A model generated the notes under the pieces. It was not told where the DNA came from. It saw nothing but the letters and a program-made list of their open reading frames with translations, and did no database searches. From the human T2T-CHM13v2.0 reference genome, Homo sapiens, in NCBI RefSeq assembly GCF_009914755.1, contig NC_060939.1: DNA of 64,000 bases. The stretch is one strand, 5' to 3'. Position numbers and translations under genes: made by a program. Below are positions 42,030-55,079 of this stretch, in pieces. How positions within the stretch are numbered: position 1 is the first letter of the stretch; every line of letters starts with the position of its first letter.

Positions 42030-42450
42030 GCCAGTCATTTCTAAGTAATGAATGACCTCAACTCTGCTTTTCATTCCTGGGTCTAGGGGTTGGCTGGAGG
42101 AGCTCTGCTTCAGATTATGGGTTGGTTTTAAGTCTCTCCACCCACTGCCCATTCTAGGGCAGTGGCTGCCAGGGGTGTGCTCCACTCATGGCAATGGCCA
42201 AAGCATGAGAGACAACCAGCAGATACTTCTTATGCCTGTCACCATTTCAGCTCTCAAACACCCCCTCCCACCCACCTTCTCTTTGCCAAAGTAAGTCACA
42301 TGGCCAAACTGAACTTCAGTGGGAACTGGAAATGTACATAGCCTAGTCTAGAGGGAGATACTGCAAAGTCACATAGTGAGGGCAAGGATGTATGATTCTA
42401 ATATTGGAGAAGAGCAGTAAAAGTTGGAACAATAATCCAATCTGCCACAC
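42030..42450 (-). mobile_element. Old MLT1 LTR fragment
   Basis: ccaaagtaagtcacatggccaaac...actgcaaagtcacatag...aatccaatctgccaca. Confidence 0.65.
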
Positions 42451-42950
42451 TTTTTTGGAAGATTCATAATAGGTATTAACACGTTAAGAACTCTGAGAAG
42501 TCCTGCAGTAAATAAACCTGTCTAACTATTTAACACAGTGTTCCCAAAGCTTCTTTGAGTGCAGAATCCTACTGTCATCCTGTAGAACTAATATTTTGAG
42601 AAATGCTTATGTAGGCAGTTCATCTCAGAAGTCTGAGGGAGGAGAGGGCAGTGGAACTTGACTGGGCCTTGAAGAATGGATTCAACTAAGCAGATTGTGA
42701 CAGGGGATTTACCAATGGCAGAGAGAAATGGAAATGTTTTCATAAGGGATGCTTTCTCCTGAGAATCTCATCAAATGTTCTATGCCCGTAGGGAAAAGAA
42801 GAATCTGTAATGATACTTGTCTTGCCTGAAAGAGGGAACACAATTGTCTTGGAGTCCAGTGTCCCCTCATCCAAGGATCTATTTGAAATGCCTTAGTCAC
42901 AAAAGGTGGACACTCACTTTTAAGCCAAGGATTGGTGCATCTCCAAGCCT

Positions 42951-43025
42951 TCTTCGGCAAGCTAGAGTCTGAATTCTTTTGAAATCCAGAGATGCTGAAG
43001 GAGATTAGAAGGTGCAGTTATTAGA
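42951..43025 (+). repeat. 75-bp dispersed direct repeat, copy 1
   Basis: 68/75 identical to 44040-44114. Confidence 0.95.
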
Positions 43026-44039
43026 GACAGGTACTGCCACCTGGACTCTTGCAAATATGCATGCGTTGGGAGGTGCTGCTCCCTTAGAAACAGTGAGAGA
43101 GAAATGGGCCAAACAGGTTTCCCACAGAAGTCTGGTCATCTCAAGTCCACTAATAGAATTTCTCCTGGAATGGAGATGAGAATGTTCGCCTTATTTTCAT
43201 GAGGACCTAGACTAGGAACAGGCCAAGGAACAGGAAGCAAGTCCTCCAGGATGGGTGCCTGTCAACCCCACTGGGGCCCAGCAGAGCGTCTAAGCAATGA
43301 AGGGAGGCCATTGATAATTGCTGGAGGCCTCCTCTGCCCTGCAGAACAGAGATTCCCCTGCATCCTGCCTCCTCCCTCCACAGTGGGGCACTACTGTGTG
43401 GGGAGGGCTGGCCACACTGCAGGACTGGTGACTTACTTGACACAGGCAATTAGCCTATTTCCATGTAACACATTTTAAGGGAGGTCATTAGAGCCTAATA
43501 AAAGGAAACAATAGTGCCATAAATCCCAGGATCAATAGAAGGGAAAGCAATGAGGCTGAGAGCTGGCTTCCTCTGCAGAGCCCAGAGAGGCTTCAAGAAT
43601 GAAATGCCCCTTAAAATGGAAGGACAAGGAGAAAGAGTATTTACCAGCTCATGCACTCACTCCTTCAGCAAAAATATAGAGGGCACAGACCAGCCCCCAG
43701 GAGACAGACCAAAGGCGCAGGCTAGTTGGGGGAGAAAGGTGCAAGGACAAGAATATCATCACTCAGAACAAAAGCTAGAGGGGCCCAGAGGAGGGAGTGA
43801 CTCCCCAGAGGCAAAAGGTTGGAATGGCAATGAAGGATCAATAGGAGTTTTCTGCGTGGAGAAGGAAGGGGAGGCAGAAGGATTCTAAGGGAAGGAAGAG
43901 TACACAGACAGCTCTGAGGCAGGAGGAGCCTGGTGAACCCTGGGGACAAGGAGTGCAAGAACAGCTAGGAGCATAGACATAGGGAGGGGAAGGGGGTGTG
44001 GATGCAGAGGTATGTTGAGGCACAGATGGGGAAGAGATT

Positions 44040-44114
44040 TCTTTGCCAAGCTGGAGTTTGGATTCTTTTGAAATCCAGAGACACTGAAGGAGATTAGAAG
44101 GTGCAGTTATTAGA
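44040..44114 (+). repeat. 75-bp dispersed direct repeat, copy 2
   Basis: 68/75 identical to 42951-43025. Confidence 0.95.
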
Positions 44115-44879
44115 CTAGGCAAGTACTGTTGTGGAGAAGACTGTGGATAAGGAAGCTCCTTGTCTTGGGTACTCATTCTGTACACCTGGAGCTGGCCTGG
44201 CACCCTGAGGAGCCTTGCGGGAGCCATAGATCCTGCTCTCTCAGCCAACTTTGTACCTGAGCAGAAGTATACCTCAGCACAGCATTGATTCATGGATTTG
44301 GAGGTAGGCCTGGGGGTGGTCGAGGAAGACAGTGGGTGAGGAACCTGTCCATACACCTGAAAGGAAGGGGCTTGATCAAGAGAAACCCGCAAAGATGTTT
44401 TGAGGGGCAGATGAGGTGTTCACACTTCAGGTTGTTCCGAAGATAAAAGATGTCATCAGCAATTCACGAGGCTTTAGGCCAATGTGGGATGCATGCCCGC
44501 GGCTCATTAGCCCAGTGGTGAGAGCCCCGTGTAGCACAGTCAAGATCACCAGCTCAGTCTGCTTTTCCAATTTACAGTGATCAGGAACCCACGAGTCCTT
44601 ATGCTGTATCCAAGAGGAGAGGTAGATGCTGCACTTAGCTTTGCCATCAGCCATTGACTTCACCTAGGGCCTCTCGCTCTCTCTCTAGATCTGTTTCTTT
44701 ACAGTAACTGGATTTTCCTCAGTAACCCTCTCCTTCACCCAAACATCCAATCAGTCATGAAGTCCGGTTGATTTCCTCACCCAATGTATCTTTCCTTCCC
44801 TGTCACTTGGAAATTGCCAGAGCCCCCAACGAGGGCTTCTCACTTCCAGTCTTGATTCCCTGCTACCTGTGGTCTATGT

Positions 44880-45750
44880 CAGGGGTCTGTCAATGCCAGT
44901 TAGTAGATACTTGGGCTTTGTGAGCCACATGTGTCATTGTTGCATATTCTTCTTTGGTGGAAACAACCCAAATGTCCATCAACTGATGAATGGATAAACA
45001 AAATATGGTATGTCCATTCAGTGGAATGTTATTCAGCCATGAAAAGCAGTGAAGAGTTCTATTGTACATCATGGTGACTATAGCTGATAACAGTGTATTG
45101 CATACTTGAAAATTGCTAAGAGAGTAGATTTTAAGTGTTTTCACCACAAAAACATAAGTATGTGAGGCAATGTGTATGTTAATTAGCTTGATTTAGCCAT
45201 TCCACAAGGTATATAAGTTTCAAAACATAATGTTGCACACTATAAAAATTGACAATTTTTATTTGTCAATTAAAAAATACTTAAAAAAAGAAAAGGATGA
45301 GATATGGATACATGCTGCAACAGGGAGGAATCCTAGAAACATGCTCAGCAAGGGGTTAGGAACAAAGGCCCACATATTATATGATTTCATTTCTATGAAA
45401 TGTCCAGAATAGACAAATTCATAGAGATAAAAATTAGATAAGTGAGCGGCTGCTTAGGGCTGGGCTGGGGTTGGAGTGGGCAGATAGGCAGGTGGTGGCT
45501 AAAAGGTATAGCATTTTTTTTGAAGTAATGAAAATGTTCTAAAATTGACTGTGCTGGTGACTGTATAACTTTGAATATACCAAAAACCATCAGGTTGTAT
45601 ATTTTAAATAAGCAAATTATATAATATGTGAATTATCTCTCAATAAAGCTGTAGTCAAAAAAAGTAAAAAATAATATTTCAGTCACAGGCCATATAAAAA
45701 CAAGCCGTGGGCTGAATTTGCCCCATGGGGCCATGGTTTGGTGATCAGGG
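44880..45750. mobile_element. MER58-like hAT MITE split by L1
   Basis: caggggtc...ggctttgtgagccac, then aaaaacaagccgtgggctgaatttgcccc; 8-bp TSD gtctatgt at 44872-44879 and 45751-45758. Confidence 0.8.
44957..45665 (+). mobile_element. L1MB-like 3' end with a nested L1MA-like 3' end (about 45055-45290)
   Basis: ggaaacaacccaaatgtccatcaactgatgaatggataaacaaaat; ttgctaagagagtagattttaagtgttttcaccac; tctcaataaagctg. Confidence 0.85.
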
Positions 45751-48700
45751 GTCTATGTTGCTGCCAACACGAACTGTCTAAAATGCAGATTTGATATTGT
45801 CACTGCCCTGGCAGGAAATGACTCCCATTGCCCACTGGATAAAGGAATAACTCTTTGGCTGTCATTCAGAATTTTCCACACTCCATCCGCAGCTTGTCTT
45901 TCTAGTCTCATGTCCTTCTGTCCTTTTCTGTACTACAACCACATTGATAAATACGCATACATTTGTTTCCCTTTGGTTTGCGTCTGTTGTACCCTATGCC
46001 TTCAGTATTTTGGAAAGTCTCAAATTTATCATGTCTCAAATTCTCACTGAGGTGTCCCTTTCCTCCATGAAGACTTCCCCAGCCTCCCTGGGAAAATGGA
46101 TTGATATTATAGGATGTGTTGTCTTGTATTATCTCTGTTTAAATGTATGCCTCCTTTCCTAAGACTGCAAGCTCCTTGGCATCAGGGAAGCAGGGACTGT
46201 GTCTTTTCTTCTTGGCCCAACCACTGCTTAGCACAGGTGCCTGGCACACAGTTGACACTCAATAACTGCTTTCTTGAACTGAACTGAAGCCTAAAGAGAA
46301 GCAGATTAGCTAAATTACATCACAGAAATTCAGCAACATTATATTGCTGAAAAGGCTCTTTGAGCCGCTCTAGTAATCCAAGGCCCTCCTTTTCTATGAT
46401 AAAACCAAGGCCCAGAGAGGGGCACTTCCTTGCCTGGAGTCACCCAGCAATTAGGGGCCAAGGCATACCTAGAGCCTGCATCTCCACCCGGGACCCCAGG
46501 GCTCCATGTGCACACCTCCGTGTCTTTCTGCAGTCTCCTCCAACATTAACACGCTGGGGAGCTGGGCCATTTGCCACAGCCAGGTTTTATAGCCATCTCC
46601 TTGGCCCGGCTAAGCCAAACCTCCCAATGGCCAGCAGCCTGGTTTGCCTCACCCCCACCCACTCTGGGCACTCTCAGGCTCCCGAGAAGGGGCCAACCAC
46701 CTCAGGAGCGGCCTGAGATGCTGGCCAGAACCTCCAGGCATTCCTGGCTATGGGAACAGACTGTGCGACACGGCCTCTGACACAGCTGGAGCAGGAGGCT
46801 GGACTCAGGCTCAGATTTGGATCCCATGGTTTGATTTATTGCATCGGGTACTTGTTCCACACATGTTTTTCCTATGCCTGGGGATACCCCAGGCTGATTG
46901 TGGTTTTCTCTTTCTTTCTTCATGTATATTTGTGTGTGTGTATAGAGAAAGAAAGGGAGGGGGGGAAGAGGGAGAGAGAGAGAAAGGAAGGAAGGGAGGG
47001 ATGAGAAAGAGAGAGAGAGTTCTGATTTTTGAGACAGTTAGTTGCAGGATCAAGGTTCTTACAGGCTGCTGAATAATTAAACAAGACTCTGGGATTTCAC
47101 AAAGGTTTATTCCTTCCATGCAGGCACACATATGGCCAGCTTCAACCTCCATAGCCTGCAGCTGAGCCCCTACTATGTGCCAGGCACCTAATCCTTCTAA
47201 ACCTCACAACTCCATACAGTAGGAGAGACTGCCCTTGTTTTAAGGACAAGGGAACCAAAGCTTAGAGGGATTACATGATTTGCCTCAGGGAGGCAAGTGG
47301 TTAGCAAGTGATGGAGTCTGGATCCAGAGCCCAGCGTTTAATTCTAGCATTTGTTGCTGCCACACAAGCCCCTGTGCCCTCCCATCTTTAGTGAGAGCCT
47401 CCTTTGTACCAGGCACCAGGCTTTAGCAATGACTAACATGTGGTCTTCACCTTCTTAGAGCTGTGTTCATTTTTGTGTGGTGTCATTTGCCTTGTGGTCA
47501 GCTTTGCTAAAACTGATCAAACTCCAAGCTGTCTTCCAGGCCCACTCTTATGTTTTCTGTTGATTCTCTGACTTGAGCTTAGAGATCATATCAGCTGTTC
47601 CATGATCTCTTGTTTAGTGGAAGAAGAAACCAAGGTCCTGGGGGGTCAAGCAGCAAGCCCAAGGTCACCTAGCTAGTGGATAACTGAGCTGCAACTTGAA
47701 TCCTTATCTCTTGTCTCTCAACTCAAGCTCTTTTCATCCTCCTGGGCTGCCATCATGCTACAAGCTGTCTTTCTCCGTGGAAACTTTTGGAACCACATCT
47801 CGTCATTTCAGCTGGAAGTAGCTTGGATGTAGGGAGCGGTCCTCCTCATTTCAGGCTGTGTTTGTATCTTTGTGATGCTCTCTTGCTTCCGGGGTGGAAA
47901 CAGCTCACCAGGCCAAGAACCAGGAAATGCAGGTTCAGCTCATGAACCTCTTCCCTGATGCTGGCTTTCAGGTATCTTGTGTCCTCGTCCAAGCCACTCC
48001 TGGCACGGACACAGGGACAAACGTGGAAGGGGAGTTAGAAGTCACCCACCTTACAAGTGAGACACTGAGGCCAGAAGGGATAGAAGTGACTAAGCCAAGC
48101 ATAGGCAGCAGGGTGTAGCTACAGTTTTGAGGGTCCTCCTGCCTTTTCCTGTGTGTCAGAAAGCAGAAGAAAGAGAACATGGATCCTCATGAAATAGGGA
48201 GGCAGATGCCAGCTCATTCGAGGAAGCGCATCCGCTAATGCTCAGTGTTGTCTGAATTGGGAGAAGATTGCCTTGAGAGTAGTGAGCTCCTGTGGTAGGA
48301 GTCAGCGAAATAGAGGCTGCCTGAGCTCCCCAAGGGCGGGTGGGGCAAAGATCAGATTGAAGGGGCTCAATAGCTTCCGTGCCTATCCCAAAGAGCCCAT
48401 GACCTCAGGATCTAAGACTCCTGGCTTCCCATCTGGGAGAGTGGGAGAGCAGGAAAGGAGGAGGGTGGTGGGGCAGGGGAGTGGCTTTCACTGATAGAAA
48501 AGACCCAAAGAGCTCTTATTATTGGCCATCAGCCAAAGGTTTTGTAGGGTGTTGCCTGAAATGTAGGTCTGGGCCCCCAGAGGGGCTGTCTAACTAGATG
48601 AAAGGCCACAGCACTTAGAGGATGGTACGGAACCTCCTTCTGGGGAAACGAGCCCAGGAAATGGGTGGGGATTGTCCCAGACACTCAGCTGGAATTGATG

Positions 48701-49132
48701 GGGCAGATGAAAGCTCAGGAAATGGCCCATCACTCAGTTCTGGGCGGCAACTTGGACATCTTCATGGACCAAGGGCTGTAGACCTCCTCATCCTGGGGAC
48801 CTTGGAGGGTGGGACCCAGGGAGGTCTCTTTTAGTATGCAAAGCAGATCTGGCCCTTCCTCTCAACAGCTGTGTCTGTGGGCAAGTTGCTTGGCACTCTG
48901 AGTAGGTTTTTGCATCCTGAGTGGGTTTTTGCATCCGTGTACCAAGGATAGTGACTCCTCCCTCCTGGGCTTGTAAGTACTCCGTGAGAGCAGGTATGTG
49001 ATGTTCCTAATACAAAGCAGGGGGAGGAAGTAGTTTGGATCCCACATCTTGATTCACTGAGTGGGGTAGTTACCCTTCACAGTCTCCTCCTCAGCTTGGG
49101 GCCAGCCCACACTGAATGTGGTTTCCTCTTTT

Positions 49133-49200
49133 TGTGTGTCTGTGTGTGTGTGTGTATGCATGCATGTGTACATGCATGTGTGTGTACCTGTGTGCACATG
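49133..49200. repeat. (TG)n/(CATG)n purine-pyrimidine tract
   Basis: Directly visible. Confidence 0.9.
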
Positions 49201-52200
49201 GCAGTTACCTGCCTTTCATTGACCCTGAGGTTCATATCCACTTTGAGGAGCCCAAAGCTCTCTCTCAGACCTGTGCCATATGCCGAGATTTTCTAGGACC
49301 CAGCCAGACACCAGTATACCTGGGCAGACCACAGGGAGTGCTGATGGGGTGCATCTCTCATACTGGTAGGGATGGGGTGGGGGTAGTGCCCCTGGAAAAT
49401 CAAATAATGATGCAAATTTCAGAAAATAAAATAAAATAAAATAATTAGAATTCTATTCATTTTAATTTTATCTCCCACAGATTGTCTGAAGTGTTTGATA
49501 TCTGATGTTACCTCTATACGAGAACATAGGATAGGTCTGGGTCGGACCACAGTGAACCAGCTGGTCAGTTACTTTCTTTAACTGTCTCTAGATCTTCTCA
49601 AAGAGCTCCTTCACTTCCAGACTGGCTGCTGCCCGAAAAACTTGAGAGTCACTGAGAGCCACTGCTCCAGAGAAAGATTACTCTTCAGGAGCAGGGAAAC
49701 CTGGGATCCGGGTGTGGCTCTCTACTAACCCACCTTTGACCAGCAGCCTCATCTCACTGGGCCTCAGTTTCCCAGTCATGTTTGGGGTACAACCACGCCT
49801 GCCCCCATCCTACCTGACAGGGCTGATACAGGCTCAAGAGTGTGATGGGTGTGGAAGAGCTTCCTGAAATGCCAGCTCGATATGTTCCGATGGGTTTTGC
49901 ATGAGTGAATTCTACAATGGCAGGGCACACACTCCGTGCAAGTCTTATGCTAGGCTTGCGGACCCAGAGATAAGCGGGACCTAACCTTTGTCTCCAGGAG
50001 CTCGCAGTCTGTTCTTTTTTCTGGAAGCTGACTTCCATTCTGTGTGGCTTTTGTGCCCGGTCAGCATACACTGTACTCACCAGTGAAGTTCTGGTGGTGG
50101 CGTTCTCACCGCACTCTCCTCCCTTCCTCCCCTCATGCTCTCCCCTTCTCCCTGCCTGCAAGCTGCTTCTGTAGGAACATGAGTGGGACAGGCTTCCAGA
50201 CACCGTCTCATCCAGATGGCAGTGGAGGCCACTGAGGCTCAGAGGAGTGAATGACTGACCAAGACCTGTTTACCTGCCTGTTTTGTTGGTTTTTAAAAAC
50301 ACCTTTCCAAGAGTTAATGTACACTGATTCTTAATATGTGGGACATATAATATAAAAATTTCATACTGAATAAATGATATTTATTAAGCCAAAAAAGGAA
50401 AAAGATGAGGTGTTTTGGCTATATTACTTGAAATACAAACATGCAGGTTTCATCACTGAAAAAAATAGTCTCAATTGTGTTTCTTCATGGAGAACATCAA
50501 CTGAACCTGGAATTTCCTCACACCTTCTTTAGAAAGAAAACACAACAAAACAAAAACCCAGGAAGAAATTAACTAAAAGCTTTTTGGCCACTGAGACAGC
50601 AGGGACGGTACAGCAGGATGCTGAGGGGCACACTGACTAGCAGCAGGTCACACAGCCTTGGCTCACTTTTTGCAGGTCACCAACTTGCTAACTTGTGATT
50701 CTGTAAAAGGGGGAACCTGCAGCCTGCGGGAAGCCAGAGGGTATGTGCAATGCACCATGTCCTATGCATATACGCACAATACTGTATGTGCACATGTATA
50801 TGTCACATGTACACAGGTACGGGGCCGCTGTTCCCAGGGCAGGATCAGGAAAGATACCTGATCCAGTGCCCAGCACAGCCATTTCTGAACCATATAGATA
50901 TTATTCCATGAAAACACACAGAAGAGTCTTCTCTAACAGCTGAGACCCCTTTTTAGGATGATGATGATGGTGATTTTGTTTATCATTCACTGAGTGTCTG
51001 ATACGTGACGCTGGAGACCGGGGCTGGCACTGTCAAGTGAGAGAGACAGATTATAAACATAATAAACAGTAGGATTCTGGTTCAAGATGACTGACTGGAG
51101 ACATCAGACACCCACCCCCTCCAGAACGGAGAACCCACATTATGAGGAGACAATCACGCTGGGGACCCAGAGGGGCCCTGCCCTCCATGAGCCTCCAGGC
51201 TGGGAGACAGAGACAGGTCTCCCCTTCAAGGATAGTAATAATGGCAAATGTTTCCATCCCCCTTGCCCTGTGCAGGCATATGTACATGTACCTGTGGCAG
51301 TGCAGCAGCAGCAGAATTCATTTTTCTCCCAGCAATTGCAAAGCAGAGACCAGAGAAGCACAGCACTTGAGTGGCCCAGAGCAGTCCCTGTGTCGCTAAG
51401 GGACTCTGGCTGGGAGGAACAGCTGGCCTGGCCCTGGAATTTCACCGCTTCCTGAGGCTCAGCAATGGTCCTGGAGGGCCCTTCCCACACCCTCAGGAAC
51501 CAGCACCTGGAGGGCGACTCCTTGTCTTCCTCAGCCTGTGCAGGCCAGAGCAGGACCGACTTGCCTGGGGCCTTCTTGCCCTTTGCTAAGGGAATACCTG
51601 GTCCTGGTCCCTGGCTTTCCTCAAAGACTCTCTCATCGAGTTCTTCCACAGAGGGCACTCACTGGAGACCTGTGGGCCTTATATGGGCTGTGGGCAAGTT
51701 TTATTTGACCAGAATTTTTTTCAATAATTTCAATAGCTGCCAGTATTGAAATGTTGGGTGTTTTCACGTTAAAAGCAAACAAACAATAAAATCCTGACCT
51801 TTCTTGGAAACTTGGGAAAGCTGACCACAGGAGGCCGGGTTCCTGCACCAGCACGTCTCTGGAGTGGTCGGTGGAAGCCTTGCTGCCCTTTAGCTGAGGG
51901 CACGTTTCCCGTGGGCCCTGCCCAGCCAGCCTCACACATTTCATTACTTGCCTGGCCCTGTGGCATTTGTGTGTGTGACCCATGCCCAACTCTGTCTTTA
52001 TTTTATAGGTGGGAAAACAGGAGCGGTTTAAAAGTTGTGAAAATTGGAGCTCTGAGAGCCTCCATCTTTTTTCTTTTCAAGCAGCTCCAGGCCCTGTTGG
52101 TCAAAAACAGCTGGACCCACAGGAGATGCTGGACCCCACCACATACCCACCATGGGATGCACCCCACCCCCTCAACCATGGCATTTTCTCAAATTAAAGA

Positions 52201-52667
52201 TTCCAGGCAGGCTGGGGCTTATTTTCCACCCAGTGTCTAGGGCATATTTTCTCCTTCAAGTCATTACAAGTTCTACATCTCCAGCAACCCAGGGTCTTGA
52301 AGGCAAAGCCTGCTTTTCCCGACAGCCCCAGAGTGCTCAGACGCGAGGTTTCCTCTGTTCAGTTTCCATATGCCCCACTCTCGCCTTTGGTCTGGGTGCA
52401 GCTTGTCAACATTAAATAACCACCTCTTGCGGTTCTCTCATAACAATTCCTTAGATCTTGGAAGCCTGGCTGTGGAGCTCTGCATATGTATAGATCTAAT
52501 TTTCACACAACAGGCTGCTTAGCAGATGGGGACCCAGACCAGCCTCCAACGTTTAGCTGAGAGCTAAGACGTGGGAAACTAGGTGGCTTTTAACCAGCCC
52601 CTATTGCTGCCAGCACTCAACCTTACAGAATTTTCATAGAGGGGAAAGAAACTCAACCCCCACCCCC

Positions 52668-52734
52668 AACAACAACAACAACAAAAAACGAACAACAACA
52701 GACACACACACACTCACACACACACACACACACA
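52668..52734. repeat. Compound (AAC)n + (CA)n microsatellite
   Basis: Directly visible. Confidence 0.92.
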
Positions 52735-53339
52735 ACCAACAAAACCACAATTTTCCTTGCTCCCCCAAACCAGATGGCAGATGGTATGGAACCAATAAAA
52801 CACAGATTCAAACATTTGTTTATTTAACATTGAATGTAATATGGCTTTGTGGTCCCTTGCAAGGAAACACCAACCTTCCAACCAAAGAAATGACAGATTT
52901 CAGTCAAACCTCAGGGCAGCGTTTGGAGGAGCTACCCCTCAGGAGGCCCATGCAAAGAGGGGCCAGGGAGAATTAAACACTGGACTGGAAGCCTCTTGGC
53001 CTGGTTTCCTCTCTGGCTGAAAAGCTAGGTCTTCGGAAGTGCTGACTGACACTCCATTTCTGTTGCTTGCCTTTTGTTGATGTTCAGTTCCAAAGGCAGC
53101 CAGCCACATGAAGAATGTTTCTGCCTGCTTTCTGAAACAGCTGTGGAAGATGTGACTCTGGGCTGCCAATGCAAAAGAGCATGAGAAAAAGGCTTGAGCA
53201 GTTGAGAAAAGGCTCTTTCTTGGCGCCTTGGGTCTGTAATGTCAGAGAATGTGACTTTGCTATGCAATGTGGTTCCCCTTTTGCTTTGGCTTCCAAGACA
53301 CACAGAGCTAAATTATATGTTCAGTTGAAATAACTATCT

Positions 53340-53800
53340 CTACTAGTTAAGATTCTTTTGGTTACAAGTGGCAGGAACCTGGCCCAAATTATTTTTTTAA
53401 AGAAGATAATTGATCAGGTCAAGTAAGTGCAGATGGCTTCAGAGATGGCTGGTTTCACCGTGGATTCAGTGTTACTAGGGCTTCCCTTTCTAGGTCTTAG
53501 ACACACTGTCTCCACACGCCAGCCATGGTAGCCCCAAATCACCCCAAACTCACATCTGGGAAGATGTGAGCAGCCCCAGGAGAAGAACGAGTCTCTTCCA
53601 CCAGCTCTGCCAGCAAAGTCGTGTTGGAGGAACCTGACTGGTCCTGCTTGGAGCATAGGCTCACCTTCAAACCAATCACAGTGACTGAGACTTGGTGTAC
53701 TCAGCCTGGCCAAACCTGGGCCATGTGACTATCCCTATAGGTGCAAAGAGGGGCAAGACTAACTTGACCCTGAACACATGGAATATATTTCTTATAGAAA
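53340..53800 (-). mobile_element. Old MLT1 (J/K-like) LTR
   Basis: ttcttttggttacaagtggcaggaacc...aaccaatcacagtgac...ctggccaaacctgggccatgtg. Confidence 0.7.
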
Positions 53801-54437
53801 ATATGAGGAGGAGGAAGGAGAACTATGCAAATAAATAAGCCTGGGATTCTGGCATAGCTTTTCCTTCTCCTGCCCTAATTCATATTTGTCTTCTAAAATG
53901 ATTTTTAAACATGTATCTTTCGTGTAAGCAATTCCAAAATTATTAAAAATAAGAGTAATCCATGATGAATGAATGAATTAATGAATAAACAAGTGAAAGA
54001 TTGAGTAGTCTCTAGAATGTGCTGCTTAGGGTGGTTCCTTTGTAAAATTGTACAATCATTATTCAGATTGCCAGAGCCAGAGGGAGCTGTAGAGCTCTAC
54101 CTGTTCATAATACTTGGGTTATAGATGAGATCATGGAGGCCCAGAGTGGAGGTACATCACCCAAAGCCTGGTAAAAATCATCTGCACAGCCTGGAACCCA
54201 GAGCCCTGATATCAGGCCTGGGGCTCTTCCTGTCCCATATCTGTCTCTTGCCTCTCATCTTCCTAAGTCCTTCTCCCTGGGCTGGCTTCCACTTTCGGGC
54301 CCTTATTCTGGAGTCTTGCTATGAGTTGCCTGGCAAAAATTTCTTGCTAGTATATTAACTTATAAGAGTGAAACTGAATTTCCCAGGGCTGTTTGGGCCT
54401 TCTAGATCCCCCAAAATGCATCTTTAACAATGATCTC

Positions 54438-55030
54438 TGTATTGGTTTGTTAATTGTTAAGTAACAAATTACCACAAAGGTAGCAACTTAAAATAGCACA
54501 TACAAATATCTTCTCTCAGTTTTCATGTGTTGGGTTACCAGACATAGCTTAGCTGAATCCTCTGTACAGTCTCACAAAGCTGCAATCAAAGTGTTTACTG
54601 ATGCATTCTCATCAGGAGGCTCAACTGGGGAATTCCACTTCCAAGCTCACTCAAGTTGTTGGTTGAATTCTTTTCATTTCCCTGTGGCTGTATGACTGAG
54701 GGCCCCAGCTTTTTGCTGGCTGTGGGCTGGAGGCTGCCTTCAAGTTAACCTCACAATTCCTTGCCACATGAGATTCCTCAACATGACTGCTTACCTCCTC
54801 AAGCTAGCAAGGAGAATCTCTCATCCAGAGAATCTCTCAACTCTGTCATCATGGAGTTTTATATAAAGCAACATAATCATGAGATTGACATCCTATTACC
54901 TTGCCATACAACGTAATCGAATCATGAGAGTGGCATCCATCACCTTTACCATATTCTGTTGGTTAAAAGCAAGTCACAGATTCTGCCAGGGGCGAGAATT
55001 ATTAGGGTGAACTTAGGGTCTCCCTCCACA
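54438..55030 (-). mobile_element. MLT1E-like solo LTR
   Basis: tgtatt...gtaacaaattaccaca...tccacttccaagctcactc...ccaca; perfect 5-bp TSD atctc at 54433-54437 and 55031-55035. Confidence 0.88.
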
Positions 55031-55079
55031 ATCTCAGGTCTTGGTGACTCACCTGTAATGTACTCATAACTCTATAACA

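Larger units (their letters stand above)
44700..46290 (+). mobile_element. L2 fragments hosting a MER58/L1 nest
   Basis: catccaatcagtcatgaagtcc; gtctaaaatgcagatttgat; 3' end gtgcctggcacacagttgacactcaataa. Confidence 0.7.

Noticed and set aside
54812-54839. gagaatctctca repeated twice
   Set aside because: Trivial slippage duplication inside an MLT1 LTR
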